The notes: generated from the letters alone by a model not told the origin. 64,000 nt of DNA from the human T2T-CHM13v2.0 reference genome, Homo sapiens (GCF_009914755.1 NC_060937.1); one strand, 5' to 3'; shown: positions 1 to 13,998, counted from the stretch's first letter. Program-made: numbers and translations.

Positions 1-567
1 TTGCACCAAAAAAAGGTGATGGTCACTGTTTGGTGGTCTGCTGATGGTCTGATCCACTAGAGGTTTCTGAATCTTGGCGAAACCATTACATCTGAGAAGT
101 ATGCTCAGCAAATCGAGGAAATGTACCAAAAACTGCAATGCCTGCAGCCAGCTTTGGTTAGAAAGGGCCCAATTCTTCTCCATGACAACACCCAACTGCA
201 TCTCGCACAAAAAACGCTTCAAAAGTTGAACAAATTGGACTATGAAATTTCGCCTCATCTGCCATATTCTCCTGACCTATCGTCAACTTACTACCATTTC
301 TTAAAGCATCTCAATAACTTGCCAGGAAAATGCTTCCACACCAGCAGGATGCAAAAAAAAAAAAAAAAAAAAAAATGCTTTCCAAGAGTTTGTTGAATCC
401 CAAAGCATTGACTTTTACACTACAGGAATGCACAAAGTTATTTCTCATTGGCAAAAATGTGTTGATTGTAATGGTTCCTATTTTGATTAATAAAGATGTG
501 TTTGAGTCTAGTTATAATAATTTTAAATTCATGGTGCAAAATCACAATTCCTTTTGCACTAACCTAT
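1..567 (+). mobile_element. Hsmar1 mariner DNA transposon, 3' part (decayed transposase C-terminus plus right TIR); runs off the window's left edge
   Basis: Translates to KKVMVTVWWS...RKGPILLHDN...YSPDL...WQKCVDCNGSYFD* (stop 488-490), typical of the Hsmar1/SETMAR transposase. It has stops and frameshifts. TIR-like aaatcacaattccttttgcactaaccta lies at about 539-566. Confidence 0.93.
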
Positions 568-1034
568 TGAGAGCTTACTTTAGAATAGCATATTTTTTAC
601 AATTACTGAATCAATATTGGTGCATTATTATTAAGAAAAATCCGTACTTCATTCAGACTTTCTTAATTTTTACCTAATGTCTTTTAGTTGCTGTTGTTCT
701 AGGAGCTTATGCAGGATACTATATTACATGCAGTTATTCTGTCTTTAGGCTCCTCTTGGTTGTGACTGTTTTTCAGACATTGTTTTTGGATGGCTTAGGA
801 GTTTTGAGAAATACTGGTCAGGTATTTTCTACAATATCTCTCAGTGGGATTCGTCTGATGTTTTTCTCATGATCAGACAAGAGTTTTTGTATTTTGGGGA
901 AAAGACCACAAAAGGAAAGTGCCTTTCATGAAGGCGTATATACTAACAATATGAATTATTACACTTAATGTTAACTTTAATCACTTAGGTGGGGTCCGTT
1001 ATCCGATTTCTCCTCTGAAAAGTTACGTTTTTAC

Positions 1035-1170
1035 TACATATTGATAAATTATAATTTTATGTATTTATAAGGTGAAAAGTGATGTTCTTATTTTCTAATA
1101 CAAGGTGGAAAAATTAAATTAGGATAATTAACGCATCCATTGCATCAAATATTTAATATTTTTGTGATTA
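1035..1170 (-). mobile_element. L1MA-type extreme 3' end fragment
   Basis: aattaacgcatccattgcatcaaat matches the reverse complement of an L1MA 3' terminus. Confidence 0.5.
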
Positions 1171-1248
1171 CTATTTTTTTTCCTTCTTTCCATTCTATAC
1201 ATTTTGGAAGAAGGTTATTATGCACAACCCATGCTTAAAGAGTAGGCA

Positions 1249-2050
1249 GTTGTACCAATTTACGGTCCCACCAACAGTGTACATGTATACCAATTAGTAC
1301 AGCCACTATGAAAAATGGTATAGAGGTTCCTCAAGAAGGTAAAAATAGAACTACCATATGATTTAGTAATCCCACCTCTGGGAATCTATCCAAAAGAAGG
1401 AAAATCAGTATATTGAAGAGATATTTGCATCCTCATGTTTATTGCAGCACTGTTCACAACAGCCAAAATATGGCATCCACTTAAATGTCTATCAACAGAA
1501 GAATGGATAAAGAAAATGTAGAATATATAGACAATGGAAAATTACTTAGCTCAAAAAAGAATGAAATATTTTCATTTGTGGCAACATGAATGCAACTGGA
1601 AAACATTACATTAAGAAAAAGAAGCCAGGCACAGAAACACAAATATCATATGTTCTCACTTATATGTGGGAATTAATGTGTCTCATGAAGGTATTTAAAT
1701 AGAATGGTGGTTACCAGAGGCTAGGAAGAGTAGGGGAGATGGGTAATAAAAAGAGGATGGATAATGGGTACAAAAATGCAGTTAGGAAAAAGAAATAATT
1801 TCTAATGTTTGATAGCATAGTAGTGTGACTATAGTTAACATATTTTATTATATATTTTAAAATATCTAGAAAAGTAGATTTGGAATGTTCCCAACACAAA
1901 GAAATGACAAATGTTTAAGGTGATGGGTATCATAACTACTCAGATTTCATTACTACACATTGTAGGTTTGTATCAATATATCACATGGATCAAAATATCA
2001 CAAAATATCCCATAAATATGTACAACTATTTGTTGTACATAATGTTTTTT
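1249..2050 (+). mobile_element. L1MA 3' fragment with short inverted 5' piece (1249-1283)
   Basis: Contains the ORF2 end and 3' UTR motifs (aaaatagaactaccatatga, atgtttattgcagcactgttcaca, tgttctcacttatatgtggga). Degenerate TSD at 1241-1255 and 2052-2066. Confidence 0.85.
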
Positions 2051-4403
2051 AAGTGAGAAGTTGTACTCCACCTCCTTGAAAGCAGAGTATTTGCACAAAT
2101 TATTTAAGATCTTCTGAGCTGGAAATTTGTTTATTCTTTACATTTATTTATTTATTCAATTATTTATATGAGCAAAGACTCAAAGATATTCATTTTACAC
2201 ATTATATTCTTATTCAATAATATTTTATTTTGTTGCTCAAATTGTTTCAACTTTGACCTTTGCGAGCTCCGGCCCTTGTGTACCTCTCACATAACCCCAT
2301 AATTGTGCCTATTTTTAAAGTACCTCCTATTAATTAGCAAGTATAATTACTCTCCATGTTAAAAAAAAAAGAGAGAGAGATAAATATAAACTGTATAAAA
2401 TTTAACAAAAATTCCCAAGTTCACATGAAAAGAAGTGACTTACCATGATTGTAATTCATACAACTTGACTCCAGAGCCATACTCGTGGTTATGAGTCTTT
2501 CGGTTAATGGTTAGGCAGCAGAAATTTGAATGGATAATTTAAAATATCATTTCTGAATGGATAATTGGCTGTCTGTTTCCTTTTAAGTATAGCCAACTGG
2601 TTAAGAGGAGCTCAAGGGATTTGATTTTATAAGTGACATCTATATTGGGAAAAATAATGCATTGGTTACCTAATGTGATTTAGAGTCATTTACTGCTGAA
2701 TTTATTTATTTACTTGAGAAATGTTTACTTTGCTATTACAGTGTCATAATCTTATAGTAAATATAAAGTCCTATTCTAATTTATCAATAGTTTATGACAT
2801 TTTAAGTCAAAGTTTGAAATATAAATATATACTACTTCAAATGTAAAAATAATTATAACATTATTTTTGTGCACATCTGCTGAATGAAAAAGTAGAATGT
2901 ACAGTAAAGCAGGACAAATTATTGTGTATTAATTTACTGGACACTGAGCATGAAACTGAATTAGTGTATGAAATTTCACAAGTTATCCTCATGTTTATAA
3001 GCTTAAAATGTCTCAAAGAGTTGAAAGACACATCTTCATTGCGTCTTCCATCTGCCTACTCTTTTACTGTACAAAAATGAGTACCTGAAAACTAAAATTC
3101 ATTTGGCTGTAGATGTATATCTAGCTGTTTTATGTCTGACAATTAATTATACGTGTGGGACCAGCAGCAAAGCAAAGATATACAAATAGAAAGTAAATTA
3201 GTCATCACTGTATATCTCTATATTAAGTAGATTGAATAAAATTTTTTAAAAAATGATGTGGGACAGATAGAACCTTGATATATGGATTAAGCTAAAACCC
3301 TGTTATTGGTAACATTAAATTTGTTTTAATACACTCATTTTTCATACTGTTGCCATAAATAGGATTTTTGTTTTTAGTTATAATACTGAAATTGTATGTT
3401 GCTTTGATCAAAACTTATATCAATGATTCCTTTGGCCAAAAAACAATTCATGTAATCAAAAATCTATTGTAAAATGTCCAGCTTCATTTTTAAAATGATT
3501 TAAAAAACTAGTAACTTACTTTAACACTGATTTATTTAAATTGTTTTTTAAAGAGTGAAATAGAAAGAAGAAAATCTATTCATTTAGAGACATTTAGAAA
3601 CACTCCAGTGCTTATTATCAACACCTCTCATGCAAAATATTTAAAACCTGATGATACAACTTTACAGTAATTGAAGTGTAGAAGATCTAGAGTCACAACA
3701 AATCAATACTACTATATAATATCATTGTGATACATTGTCTTAACCTTAAATGGTTTATATTACCTGGTTATTTTTAGGTCATTCCTTATGAGGAGTTGTT
3801 GTAACCATTTAGGGAGAAATAACAATAGAATTACATTTAAATATATGCATTGTCTAAAATGGGAAGTAATGTTTTTAAAAAAATAGATATTAACTACTAC
3901 TAGTATAAACTTAAATTTTCTACTTATTAATTTTGTTGTAGTTAATTATGTAGATGATTACTTTATCTTCCGGGTTTCAGGATAACACTCTTAGCTAGAC
4001 CAATATTTTACATCTTACAGTCGAAAATTCTCTCCAGTTATTTATTTGTAATTTTCTAGAAAATTAACTTTAAGAGTTTGTTAAGTTAATAAAGGCTGGT
4101 GATTTTCCTTTACAAACAAACCTTGTGGTGTAAACCACTGTACTACTTTCTAGGGTATAGTGCATCTCTAGACTCTGAGGACTTTCAGATTTATCATAAT
4201 GAATTTCTTTGCTATTTATTTTCTTTGATGATGGCTTCAGTTCCAATTATCCTGGATATGCTAAGTAATTTATCACTTGCTACCTGATTTGCAGTTTCCC
4301 TTGTCATTGCACTTGATATCCATAATTTTGTTAAATAAAAAATATTTTAAGGAGGCAAATAAAAGTAAATTCTTTCTTTCGGATAACACTATATTTAGGC
4401 CTG

Positions 4404-4912
4404 TGTCAGGGAAAAACTGCACTGGATGGAGTTAAGAAGCAAGGAAAACTTCATTCAAAACTATTACAATGAGAGAGAGAGAACCTAAACCCACTGAAAC
4501 AAAAGGGGGGAAGTTTTAAGCACTGAGGTGGGCTAGTAGACAAGGAATGGAGGACACTGAGAGGGTAAGGGGTGGCTGGTCAATGTGGTTAGGGCATCTG
4601 CATTTGCTGACTGGTACTTAGTGATGTCAAGCTTCTACCTTCCCATAGAGACTGGGAGACAGGGTCTTTATCCTCCTTGATAATTACACTTCAAATAATG
4701 ACTACCAGGTCTTTGAAAAAGGCATTTCTAGACTGTAAAACTGTCAAGACATTGGGAGAAGATTTATATCTTCAATGGGCAGAGAAAGAATCTTCTATTA
4801 TAAGTTCTCTAAAGAAATTGCTCTAAGCAAAGGTAGCTTTAGGGTCTAGAGTCAATAAGAAGACTGACCAAAGTTTAGTCAAGCTGAGGAAACTTTAAAG
4901 CCATAATGATCA
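4404..4912 (-). mobile_element. ERV1 solo LTR, MER67-like
   Basis: The reverse complement begins TGA...cctcagcttgactaaacttt...cttagagcaatttctttagagaactt as in MER67. About 510 bp with TG...CA ends. Confidence 0.7.
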
Positions 4913-6899
4913 TTTGACAAATATACAGATTTTTAAAATACAGCCAGATTGTTTAACAACTGTGCAATGTAGCATTTATGGTACATATTTGTACATATCC
5001 ATTTTAAACACTATGTTATTGGGAGTGTAAAAGAGAATCAATGTGCTGCTGGAGAAACTGTCACCCTAGAGATCAGGAAAAATGTCACAGAGAAAGAGAA
5101 GGTGACACTTTTTATGATGCAAATTGCTTCAACATCAAGAAAGAACCTCTAGAGGTTTCTAGCTCTTCCTTGATTGATGGCTACATGGAACATTTCATTG
5201 CAGGAAATCCAATATAATGTGACTATTAGATTAACATATAATGACAAATGAGCTTGGTCTAATTTTGGGAAGTTTTATAAGAATTATTTTAAGTAGTATA
5301 ATGATTTGCAGATTACTAATTACCATATGTTTTATTTTAGACTGTCTGAAAGGATACTTTTATTAAATGCTTTAAATTATTCTATTATAAAAGAAAGCAT
5401 ATTTTTATTTGTAAATTTCCAGAGATTATGTATTTTAATTCTGTCTTAAATGTACTTAATACATATTTTCAACAATTTACATGTAAAAATATATTACAAT
5501 ATAGGAGTGAGACATGTTGTAAAATAAAATGTCTTTACATTTTAATCAAATAAAACCAATGCAAATGTTTGTATTTTATATTTATCCTAATCTTTAAGGA
5601 AATGTTGTAGTAGGATTCACTTTTAATTTTCCAAGTTTAAGGTAATTATTTTAATTTTGAGTAAGGAAAGGATATTCCTTTAGCCTCATGTTATTGCAAA
5701 TGGAGTTAAAATTGTCCTGTATTAAAATAAGAAAGAAATGGCAAAAGTGGATGGAAGTTTTAAATTTTGTGTTTATTTTTAGAGCCAAGTGAATTTTCCA
5801 TTGATATTTTAGAATATCTTTAGAATATTATTATATTTTTATTATTTATTATACAAAGTATATTTACTTTGTTTCTTTTATCTTTGAGGATTGTTTTGCC
5901 TTATGATGTGCTTGATTGGTATGCAGTATTTGTAAGATATAGGCAAGGAATGTTATAGAATAATTGTGAATATTACCTCTTTAAATATTATTGCATATTT
6001 AAATTCTCCTAGGCTATTTTTGTGGTTGGAGAAACTGAGCCTCAGATAAGTAACATGTATATAATCACAGGACGGTTAGTGTGTGGGGCTATCCTTGTAA
6101 GAAATGTATTTTTCTCAAGCTTGGTAGAAAATAGAAATATCTCTCCCAAAACACTAACACACGGGAGAAAATGAGGCTAAAACAATGGACAAATTAAAAT
6201 CTAAGAAATCAGAAATAATGTCCTGAAGCTATCAGGTTCAGACCAGAGGCTTATATAGAAACTACATAATGATTTCTCAAATCCCCAAGCAAAAACTCAA
6301 GTTACAACAAACACATAAATAAATATATAAATAAATTAGTAAACAAACAGCAGGAAGGTCAATAATGTGAGAATGAAAGTTTTTCTGGGTCATTATCAAG
6401 AACTTTTCCTATTTGTAATTTTCATTTATGTATTAGGCAAATAGTGGTTCTCGAAAAGACTCTTCAGGCTTACAAGGTCATGACTTTATCTTGGCATGCT
6501 CCATAAATTGTGACTCTTGGCGATAGTGCCAAGGAGAATCAAGTACTTTACTCATCATGTAAAATGCTTCCCAGATGTTGAATTTCAGGATGTCATCTGG
6601 AGTGCAAAATGAATAGCATGTGCTAGTGGGTCACACAGCAGGTAGAAGAAAAGATTTATGTATTTGGAAGTGGCTGACAGAGATATAAAGGCAAATGGTG
6701 TGGTTTCCATGAACCTGAATGTTCTGTATCGTACACTTCTTAAAATGCCTAGTTCTTTCTATTTACACTGTGAAACTCTTGCCACAAACTTGTTTAACAG
6801 CATAACTCATTGTAGCCATTTGAAAGCAGAAATGTTTTGTAGTATGTAACAAATACCCAATGTTTTATCAGGAATACATTGTTTATATATTTCATCTTA

Positions 6900-7240
6900 T
6901 ATTTATTTACTCATTCATACTAAATCAATTTGACAATTTACTCATTTATTAAGAAATATTTAAAATTTGTGGCTAGTGTTTGGTAGAATGATGAAGATAG
7001 GTAAAATTTCTGTTTTCAAGCCATTTACATTGCAGTGAAGAGGATATAAAACAAAATAAAAAGTAAGTGTACAGAATATCAGGTTAAAAGTTACGAATAA
7101 AAATAAAGCAAAGTAATGGTGTTGAGAATAATGTGATTGTGGGAAATATTTTAGAAATAGTTGACAGAGAAGACCTCTGCTATAAATTTCACTCAGGAAT
7201 CTAACATTAGGTGAAATAGGGAGTCACGTGGTAAGTGTAA
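6900..7240 (-). mobile_element. L2 3' fragment (highly decayed)
   Basis: ttcatt-type tail repeats followed by tttctgttttcaagccatttacattgcagtg, resembling the L2 3' end. Confidence 0.45.
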
Positions 7241-7605
7241 ATAAGTGTAAAATTACCAGTAATTAAGGTCTTTGAAAACTATGAAAGAACACTTACTTTA
7301 ATAAATGTTTAGGAAATGTTTTTCAGAGTATATGAACCCAGTTTTAATGGGTAAAATCATTTTAGAAATATATATGGCCACCAAGAGAGCCTTTTAGGAA
7401 GATGGACATACAAACACAGGTGATGAGATAAAGAAATGAATAGCAATATTAATTAGAACATCCATATAAAACATAACATTGCATCCACATTCACCCCTAG
7501 AAAATGAAATGAAAAGTCAACAACAGGTTAACAACAGTTAAGTAGGTGGACCCAGCTATAACTTTTGAGACATAATCAGAAGAAGCCTTATACATCCTTA
7601 TTGCC

Positions 7606-8008
7606 TGTCTTAGTACATCCATGCTGTTATAACAAAATACTATAAACTAAGTAGCTGTGATCCCTAGTCTTGATAAGCAACTCAGTAAAGTCTCAGGACA
7701 CAAAACTTCAGTAAAGTCTCAGGATACAAAAAAGACAAAGGAAGTGAGAGATCTCTACAAGGAGAACTACAAGGAGAAAACACCCACAGAAGAAATTGGA
7801 CATGACACAAACAATGGAAAAACATCTCATGCTGATGATTTGGAAGAATCAATATCATTAAAATGACTATACTGCCCAAAGCAATTTGCAGAGTCAGTGC
7901 AATTCCTGCCAAATTACCAATGTCATTTTTCACAGAATTAGAAAATAAAATTTTAAAGTTCAGATGGAACCATTTAAAAATGGCCAAATAGCCAAAGCAT
8001 TCCTAAGC

Positions 8009-8041
<33 letters not shown>

Positions 8042-9720
8042 GCATCATTTTTTTCTGACCTCAAATTATACTACAATTCTATAGTAACTAAAATAGCATG
8101 GCAGTGGTACAAATATAGAAACATAGATCAGTGGAAAGAATAGAGAACACAGAAATAAAGCCACATACCTACAACCATGTGATCTGGGATGATGTCAACA
8201 AAAGTAAACTATAAGAAAAAGACAGCATTGTCAACAAATGGTGCTGGGAAAACTGGCCAGTAATATGCAGAAGAACAAAACTGGACCCCTATCTTTCACC
8301 ATATGCAAAAATTAACTCAAGATGGATTAAAGACCTAAACGTAAAATCTGAAACTATAAAAATTCCAGAAGACAACCTGGGAAACCTCTTCTGGACATCA
8401 GCCTAGGCGCAGAATTCATGACAAAGGTCCCACAAGCAAGCACAACAAAAACAACAATAAACAAATGATACATAATTAAACTAAAAAGTTTTTGCACAGA
8501 AAAAGAAACAATCAACAGAGTAAACAAACAAACTACAGAATGGGACAAAATATTTGCAAATTGGCCTCTGATATACACCCTGAATCCACAGCGAATTCAA
8601 ACAATTCAACAAGAGAAAAACAAAAAACCTCATTAAAAACTGGGCAAAAGATATGAACAGATATTTCTCAAGAGAAAAAAATGTAAGCAGCCAACAAACA
8701 CATGAAAAAAATGCTCCACATCGGTAATTATCAAAGAAATAAATTGAAACCATACTGTGATATCATCTTACACCAATCAGAATAGCTATTATTAAAAAGT
8801 CAAATAAAAATAACAGATGTTGTCACAGATGCGGAGAAAAGGAAACACTTATACACTGTTAATGGGAATGTAAATTAGTTTGACATCTATGGAAAATGGC
8901 GTCCATCCAGCAATCTCACTACTGGGTATCCATCCAAAGGAAAAAAAAAGCATTATATAAAAAGACATTGCACTCAGCACTATTCACAATAGCAAAGACA
9001 TAGAAATAATCTAAGGGTCCACCAACAGCTGACTGCATGAAGAAAATCAGGTATATATACTACTTGAATACTAAGCAGTTGTAAAAAGAAATGAATGCAA
9101 TTATGTCCTTTGCAGCAACATGGACAGAGCTGTAGGCCATTATCCTAAGTGAACTAAAGCAGAAGCAGATCAAATATCACATATTCTCACTGTTACACAA
9201 TTGGTACATAGAGTCATAATAATGAAGATAAAAGACACTAGGAACTCCAAAATGGGGCATAGTGGGAGGGAAGTGAGTGTTGAAGAATTTCCTATTAGGT
9301 ACAATGTTCAATATTTGCGTGATGGGTCCACTAGAAGCCCAATCCCCACATTATGCATGTAATGCCCTAGCACACATACCTCCTGAACCTAATTCAAAAA
9401 AAAAAAAATAAGAAAAATAAATAACAGAAATTTATTTCTCACAGTTCTGGAGGCTGGAAAGTCCAAGATTAATGTGTCAGCAGATTTGGTGTCTAGTGAG
9501 GACCTGCTTTCTTATAGACTGTGCCTTTTAACTGTGTCCTCACATGGTGGAAGGGGTGACCTAGCTCTCTGGGGTCTCTTTTACAGGGGCACTTATCTCA
9601 TTCTTGAAGAGAAAGCCCTCATGACCTAATCACCTCCCAAAGGTTCCACCTTCTAATTACCTTGGTGATTAGGTTTCAACATATGAATTTTGGGTGGACA
9701 CAGACATTGAGACCATAGCA
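7606..9720 (-). mobile_element. MaLR solo LTR (MSTD/MLT1A-like) split by an L1PB insertion: pieces about 7606-7655 and 9420-9720
   Basis: tgtcttagt...tgctgttataacaaaatac resumes as aacagaaatttatttctcacagttctggaggctgg and ends ...agaccatagca. Confidence 0.85.
7660..9420 (+). mobile_element. L1PB-type LINE-1, 5'-truncated (ORF2 3' part, 3' UTR, A tail)
   Basis: Decayed ORF2 (gatctctacaaggagaactacaa, ctggacccctatctttcaccatat), L1PB-like 3' UTR and an A-rich tail at about 9396-9422. Confidence 0.9.
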
Positions 9721-9739
9721 TCATTTTAAAATTCATTAT

Positions 9740-10200
9740 AATTTTAGAGGTGAGAAATCAAAGGCATGGATGCATAGGCAACTTTGTCAAGTTCAAATAA
9801 CTAGTGAGTGATGTAAGGAAGCCTGGGTACTGGCCAGGTGCGGTGGCTCACGCCTGTAATCCCAGCACTTTGGGAGGCTGAGGTGGGCGGATCACGAGGT
9901 CAGGAGATCGAGACCATCCTGGCTAACACGGTGAAACCCTGTCTCTACTAAAAATACAAAAACAAAATTAGCCGGTCGTGGTTGCAGGTGCCTGTAGTCC
10001 CAGCTGGGAGGCTGAAGCGGGAGAATGGCGTGAATCCGGGAGGTGGAGCTTCCGGTGAGCCGAGATCGCGCCACTGCACTCCAGCCTGGGCGACAGAGCC
10101 AGACTCCTTCTCAAATAAACAAAAAACAAAAAAACAACAAAAAAAGAGAGAAAGCCTGGGTACCTCTGGATGTCCAAAGATATCCACATGCTATCACCCA
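9740..10200 (-). mobile_element. MIR remnant interrupted by AluY
   Basis: Core-like attttagaggtgagaaatcaaaggc...actttgtcaagttcaaataactagtgagtg. Confidence 0.45.
9832..10151 (+). mobile_element. AluY
   Basis: Full dimer with AluY diagnostics (gagatcgagaccatcctggctaacacgg, gaatggcgtgaa). TSD aagcctgggtac at 9819-9830 and 10152-10163. Confidence 0.96.
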
Positions 10201-12733
10201 CAAATTTTAAAATGCAGTTTGAAAAAAATGCTTTTCTGATAAAATATATCTCAATTCCAATAGGATGTTTGCTATAATGATTTTTTTTAATTGTGGGCAT
10301 GAGCAGATTTAAATTATATATAACATTATTTTAAAGAACATATCCTAAATAACAAAACTGGATTAAATACCATTATCAGTCATTTCAGTAAACGGTTAAA
10401 CCAAACTGGATTTGTGCAGGAGCCTATTGAAGTGAGAAGGAATGAAAGCCAGTAAAAGTTGTAATTACGTATAAAATTATTTGATGGAAGTTTTTAGAAA
10501 TCAGTTATATAAAACCATCCTTGACATTTAATTTCTGGTTCTCTTCATGAGGGACAAGTAACCTAAAAACCCTCTTGAGGTGCTGGCAACCCATTATTCA
10601 TCTTAAAGTAAATATTTTGATTAAAAGCAGGCTGGCCTACTTTTTCTATATGTTATAATCTGTATTGAAATGAATTTCAGTGGATGAAATTGAAACAACC
10701 TAAGAAAATAGTCAAGTCTGAAAGAAATCTAGAATTTTTACCAGTTTTATATTTCTCCTGAGAAAGATTCTTTTAAAGAATTTTAGTAGACATGGGAATA
10801 CTATAGGCTTTTATGTTTAAACTATAGGTTTATTTTTCTTATAAATAATTAGAATATAAAATGCATAACCGTTTTTAATTAGTTATATGAAATAAAGAAA
10901 TAGCAAATACAGGAACTGTTAAACAGGGAGACTTGGATTCTCTTAGATGCTTATGTGTCATTTTAAAAAATTATACTTCTGTTCTATTTGTATCTCTTTA
11001 ACCCCAAACTGTACAACTGCAGAAGCAATCCCTGATTCTTATTTTGTCATCCAAATAGCAAATACATTTTTCTCCACAAATTCACATATGTTCCACATTT
11101 ATCATCCTCACTAAATACTTATCTGGGTGCTAGTCTTTTTCATACATTACCGATAAAATTTTTTCTCTGTCTTCAAATTATATGAATAAATTGTCAAATG
11201 AGCAGTTACATATGATTAGAATAAACAAAGACAATATTTTGGTAATGAATTAGGCAGTAACTATGATGTGCAATAATAATAGTACATACTTGACAACTAC
11301 TTATTCATCTTAGACCCTTAAAATGAATTTTTCAAATGCTAATGTAACTACTAAGTTGTAATTTCTAAACTATTAGGAATATTTTATATTTTTCTTTTTA
11401 CTATTGATATATATGTTTGATTTATGTCATCATATTTAATTAACTTATAAACTCATATTTTAGTAATTTACTTTTCTAAGAGGTGAAACTGCCTCCTTCC
11501 TTTTTAATAAACTCCACTATAGATTTTTCAGACGTTAACTGCACATCCAGGGACATTTCTATAATCACATTTTGTATGCACATATAGAAACTCACAATTT
11601 GTAAAAAATTATGAATAATATGTGTACCGCCACCAATTACAAATATATCTGTATTCCACATTGTTCCTAATTTGGTAAAGAACATGTGGTTATGATAATA
11701 TTTTGATATTATACTTCATCAAAATTCTATCAACAAAAAAACTAACGATTGGATTTAACCTGAACTTAACTGAATTTATAATATCAGTCACAATGATGTC
11801 AAGTGTTTTAATTTATACAGAATGAACTTCCTAAGTTTTACTTAGGAAATTTGATGGACAAAGCAAATCATTACGAAATTTAATTTCTTTATTTTATATT
11901 CTCTTGAAATATCAAATGAGGCTTATATAAAAAGGACATCATTTAATTGAATGTGAAATTCCATTTCTGCTAATGGGACTGACATATTAGCAATCATTAC
12001 TTCACTATTCATACATGTAAAAGAAAACATGAAAGCAAAAATGAGCTAAATAAAATTAGAATGATCATTTGATCTAAATGAAAAGTCAGGCTTTAAAGAA
12101 CAATATGTAAATATATCTTCTGCAGTTTCACAAGCTAAATTGTCAACTTCAGGTCATAAAAATCACTGCTATTTTGAAAGTGGATGCTGACATGGTCAGC
12201 GGTTACCAGTTCCTCATACTGAAATGGTAAATATCAATAAACACTTTGTAAAAATTACACATTTATCTTCAAATTCCTTGAGAAACAGAATTCATTAGAC
12301 ATGAATTTTAGCTCAATGTGATGGGAAATTACTATTGTATAACACAAAAACAATTACTATAAAATAGTGTGTCTACAATAGTGTCTCTAAACAGTCTCTA
12401 TAGTAAGTGACAAATCCATCACATCAAGGGTAATTAGCCTACTCTCTTTAAGTTCTATACTAGTACTGTTCATACTTAGTCTTATTGCAGGCACATATCT
12501 TGCATGTAATTCCCTCCCTATTTCCCACTGTACCTGCCTATTAGCACTCTGGAGGCTTCATGTATCTTAAAGACCCGCAGCTCTCAAGGTATCCCAATTG
12601 TCTAGCATACTACTGTTCCAAAGGGTTATAGGTATATTTCTCCTATTAGCACCCAAGACTGGAAGAATTAGCAGTCTCTAGCTTCTCCCATCCAAACACA
12701 CCTTAAATATTTGAGTGCCTGTGTGTTATCTAT

Positions 12734-13102
12734 TGTATTAGTCCATTTTCACACTGCTGATAAAGACATACTTGAGACTGGGCAATTTACAAAAGAAAAA
12801 GGTTTAATTGGGCTCACAGTCCCACATGGCTGAGGAGGCCTCACAATTATGGCAGAAGGCAAGGAGAGGCAAGTCACATATTATGTGGATGGTGGCAGGC
12901 AAAGAGAGAGCTTGTGCAGAGAAACTCCCGTTTTTAAAACCATCAGATCTCTACCCATTCACTGTCACTGTCACGAGAACAGCACGGGAAAGAACTGCCC
13001 CCATGATTCAATTATCTCCCACCGGGTCCCTCCCACAACACAGGGGAATTATGGGAGCTACAAGATGAGATCTGGGTTGGGATACAGAGCCAAACCATAT
13101 CA
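12734..13102 (-). mobile_element. THE1B solo LTR (MaLR)
   Basis: tgtattagtccattttcac...caaaccatatca, 369 bp. Flanks tctat/tttat match at 4 of 5 positions (TSD). Confidence 0.92.
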
Positions 13103-13339
13103 TTTATAGAAGATATGTCTATCCTTTTCAGCATCAGAAAAAGTGGAGTTATGAATGATTATCGTTCACATTAAATTATTTATTAAAGGGAGAACTATGT
13201 TGACAACAAACATACATCATACATTATCAGAAAAGATGTTAGAGAAACTATAAGTATAGAATGACCATCTACAAAATTCTGCCTGGTTTATTTTATATAA
13301 CCAGTCATTATTAACCTTTATTTAAAAAAAAAATCTAGA

Positions 13340-13503
<164 letters not shown>

Positions 13504-13685
13504 TCTAGTAAAAAACTGTGACAAACTAATACCAAAAAATAAACTTAACCACAATTATGAAGCCCATTAAAATTGTTTGGTTTAGTCCAAAATATTTGCA
13601 TCTGCAGAACAGAACAGCATGTAACAAATCCTTAGAAGGGGTCTATATTATTTAAAACAAACCAACAAACAAAAGAACTTTAAAA

Positions 13686-13998
13686 CAGGGCATGGTGGCT
13701 CACGCCTGTAATCCCAGTACTTTGGGAGGCTGAGGTGGGCAGATCACCTGAGGTCAGGAGTTCAAGACCAGCCTAGCCAACAAGGTGAAACCTCATCTCT
13801 ACTAAAAAATAGAAAAATTAGCCAGGGATGGTGGAAGGTGCCTGTGATCCCAGCTACTTAGGACACTGAGGCAGGGAGAATCACTTGAACCCAGGAGGAG
13901 GAGGTTGCAGCAGTGATACGAGACTGTGCCACTCCACTCCAGCCTAGGTGACAGAGCAAGACTCCGTCTCAAAAACAAAAAACAAAAAAAAAAAAAAA
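13686..13998 (+). mobile_element. AluS (Sx-like)
   Basis: Full dimer with gatcacctgaggtcaggagttcaagaccagcc and an A tail. Confidence 0.93.

Larger units (their letters stand above)
590..2320 (-). mobile_element. Old L1MC-type 3' UTR fragment, interrupted by younger L1MA pieces
   Basis: Motifs such as actggtcaggtattttctacaatatc and tctgatgtttttctcatgat resemble L1MC4-type 3' ends. Similarity resumes after 2052. Confidence 0.55.

Noticed and set aside
121-677. ORFs resembling SETMAR
   Set aside because: This is a frameshifted, stop-containing Hsmar1 remnant with no SET domain in view, not the SETMAR gene.
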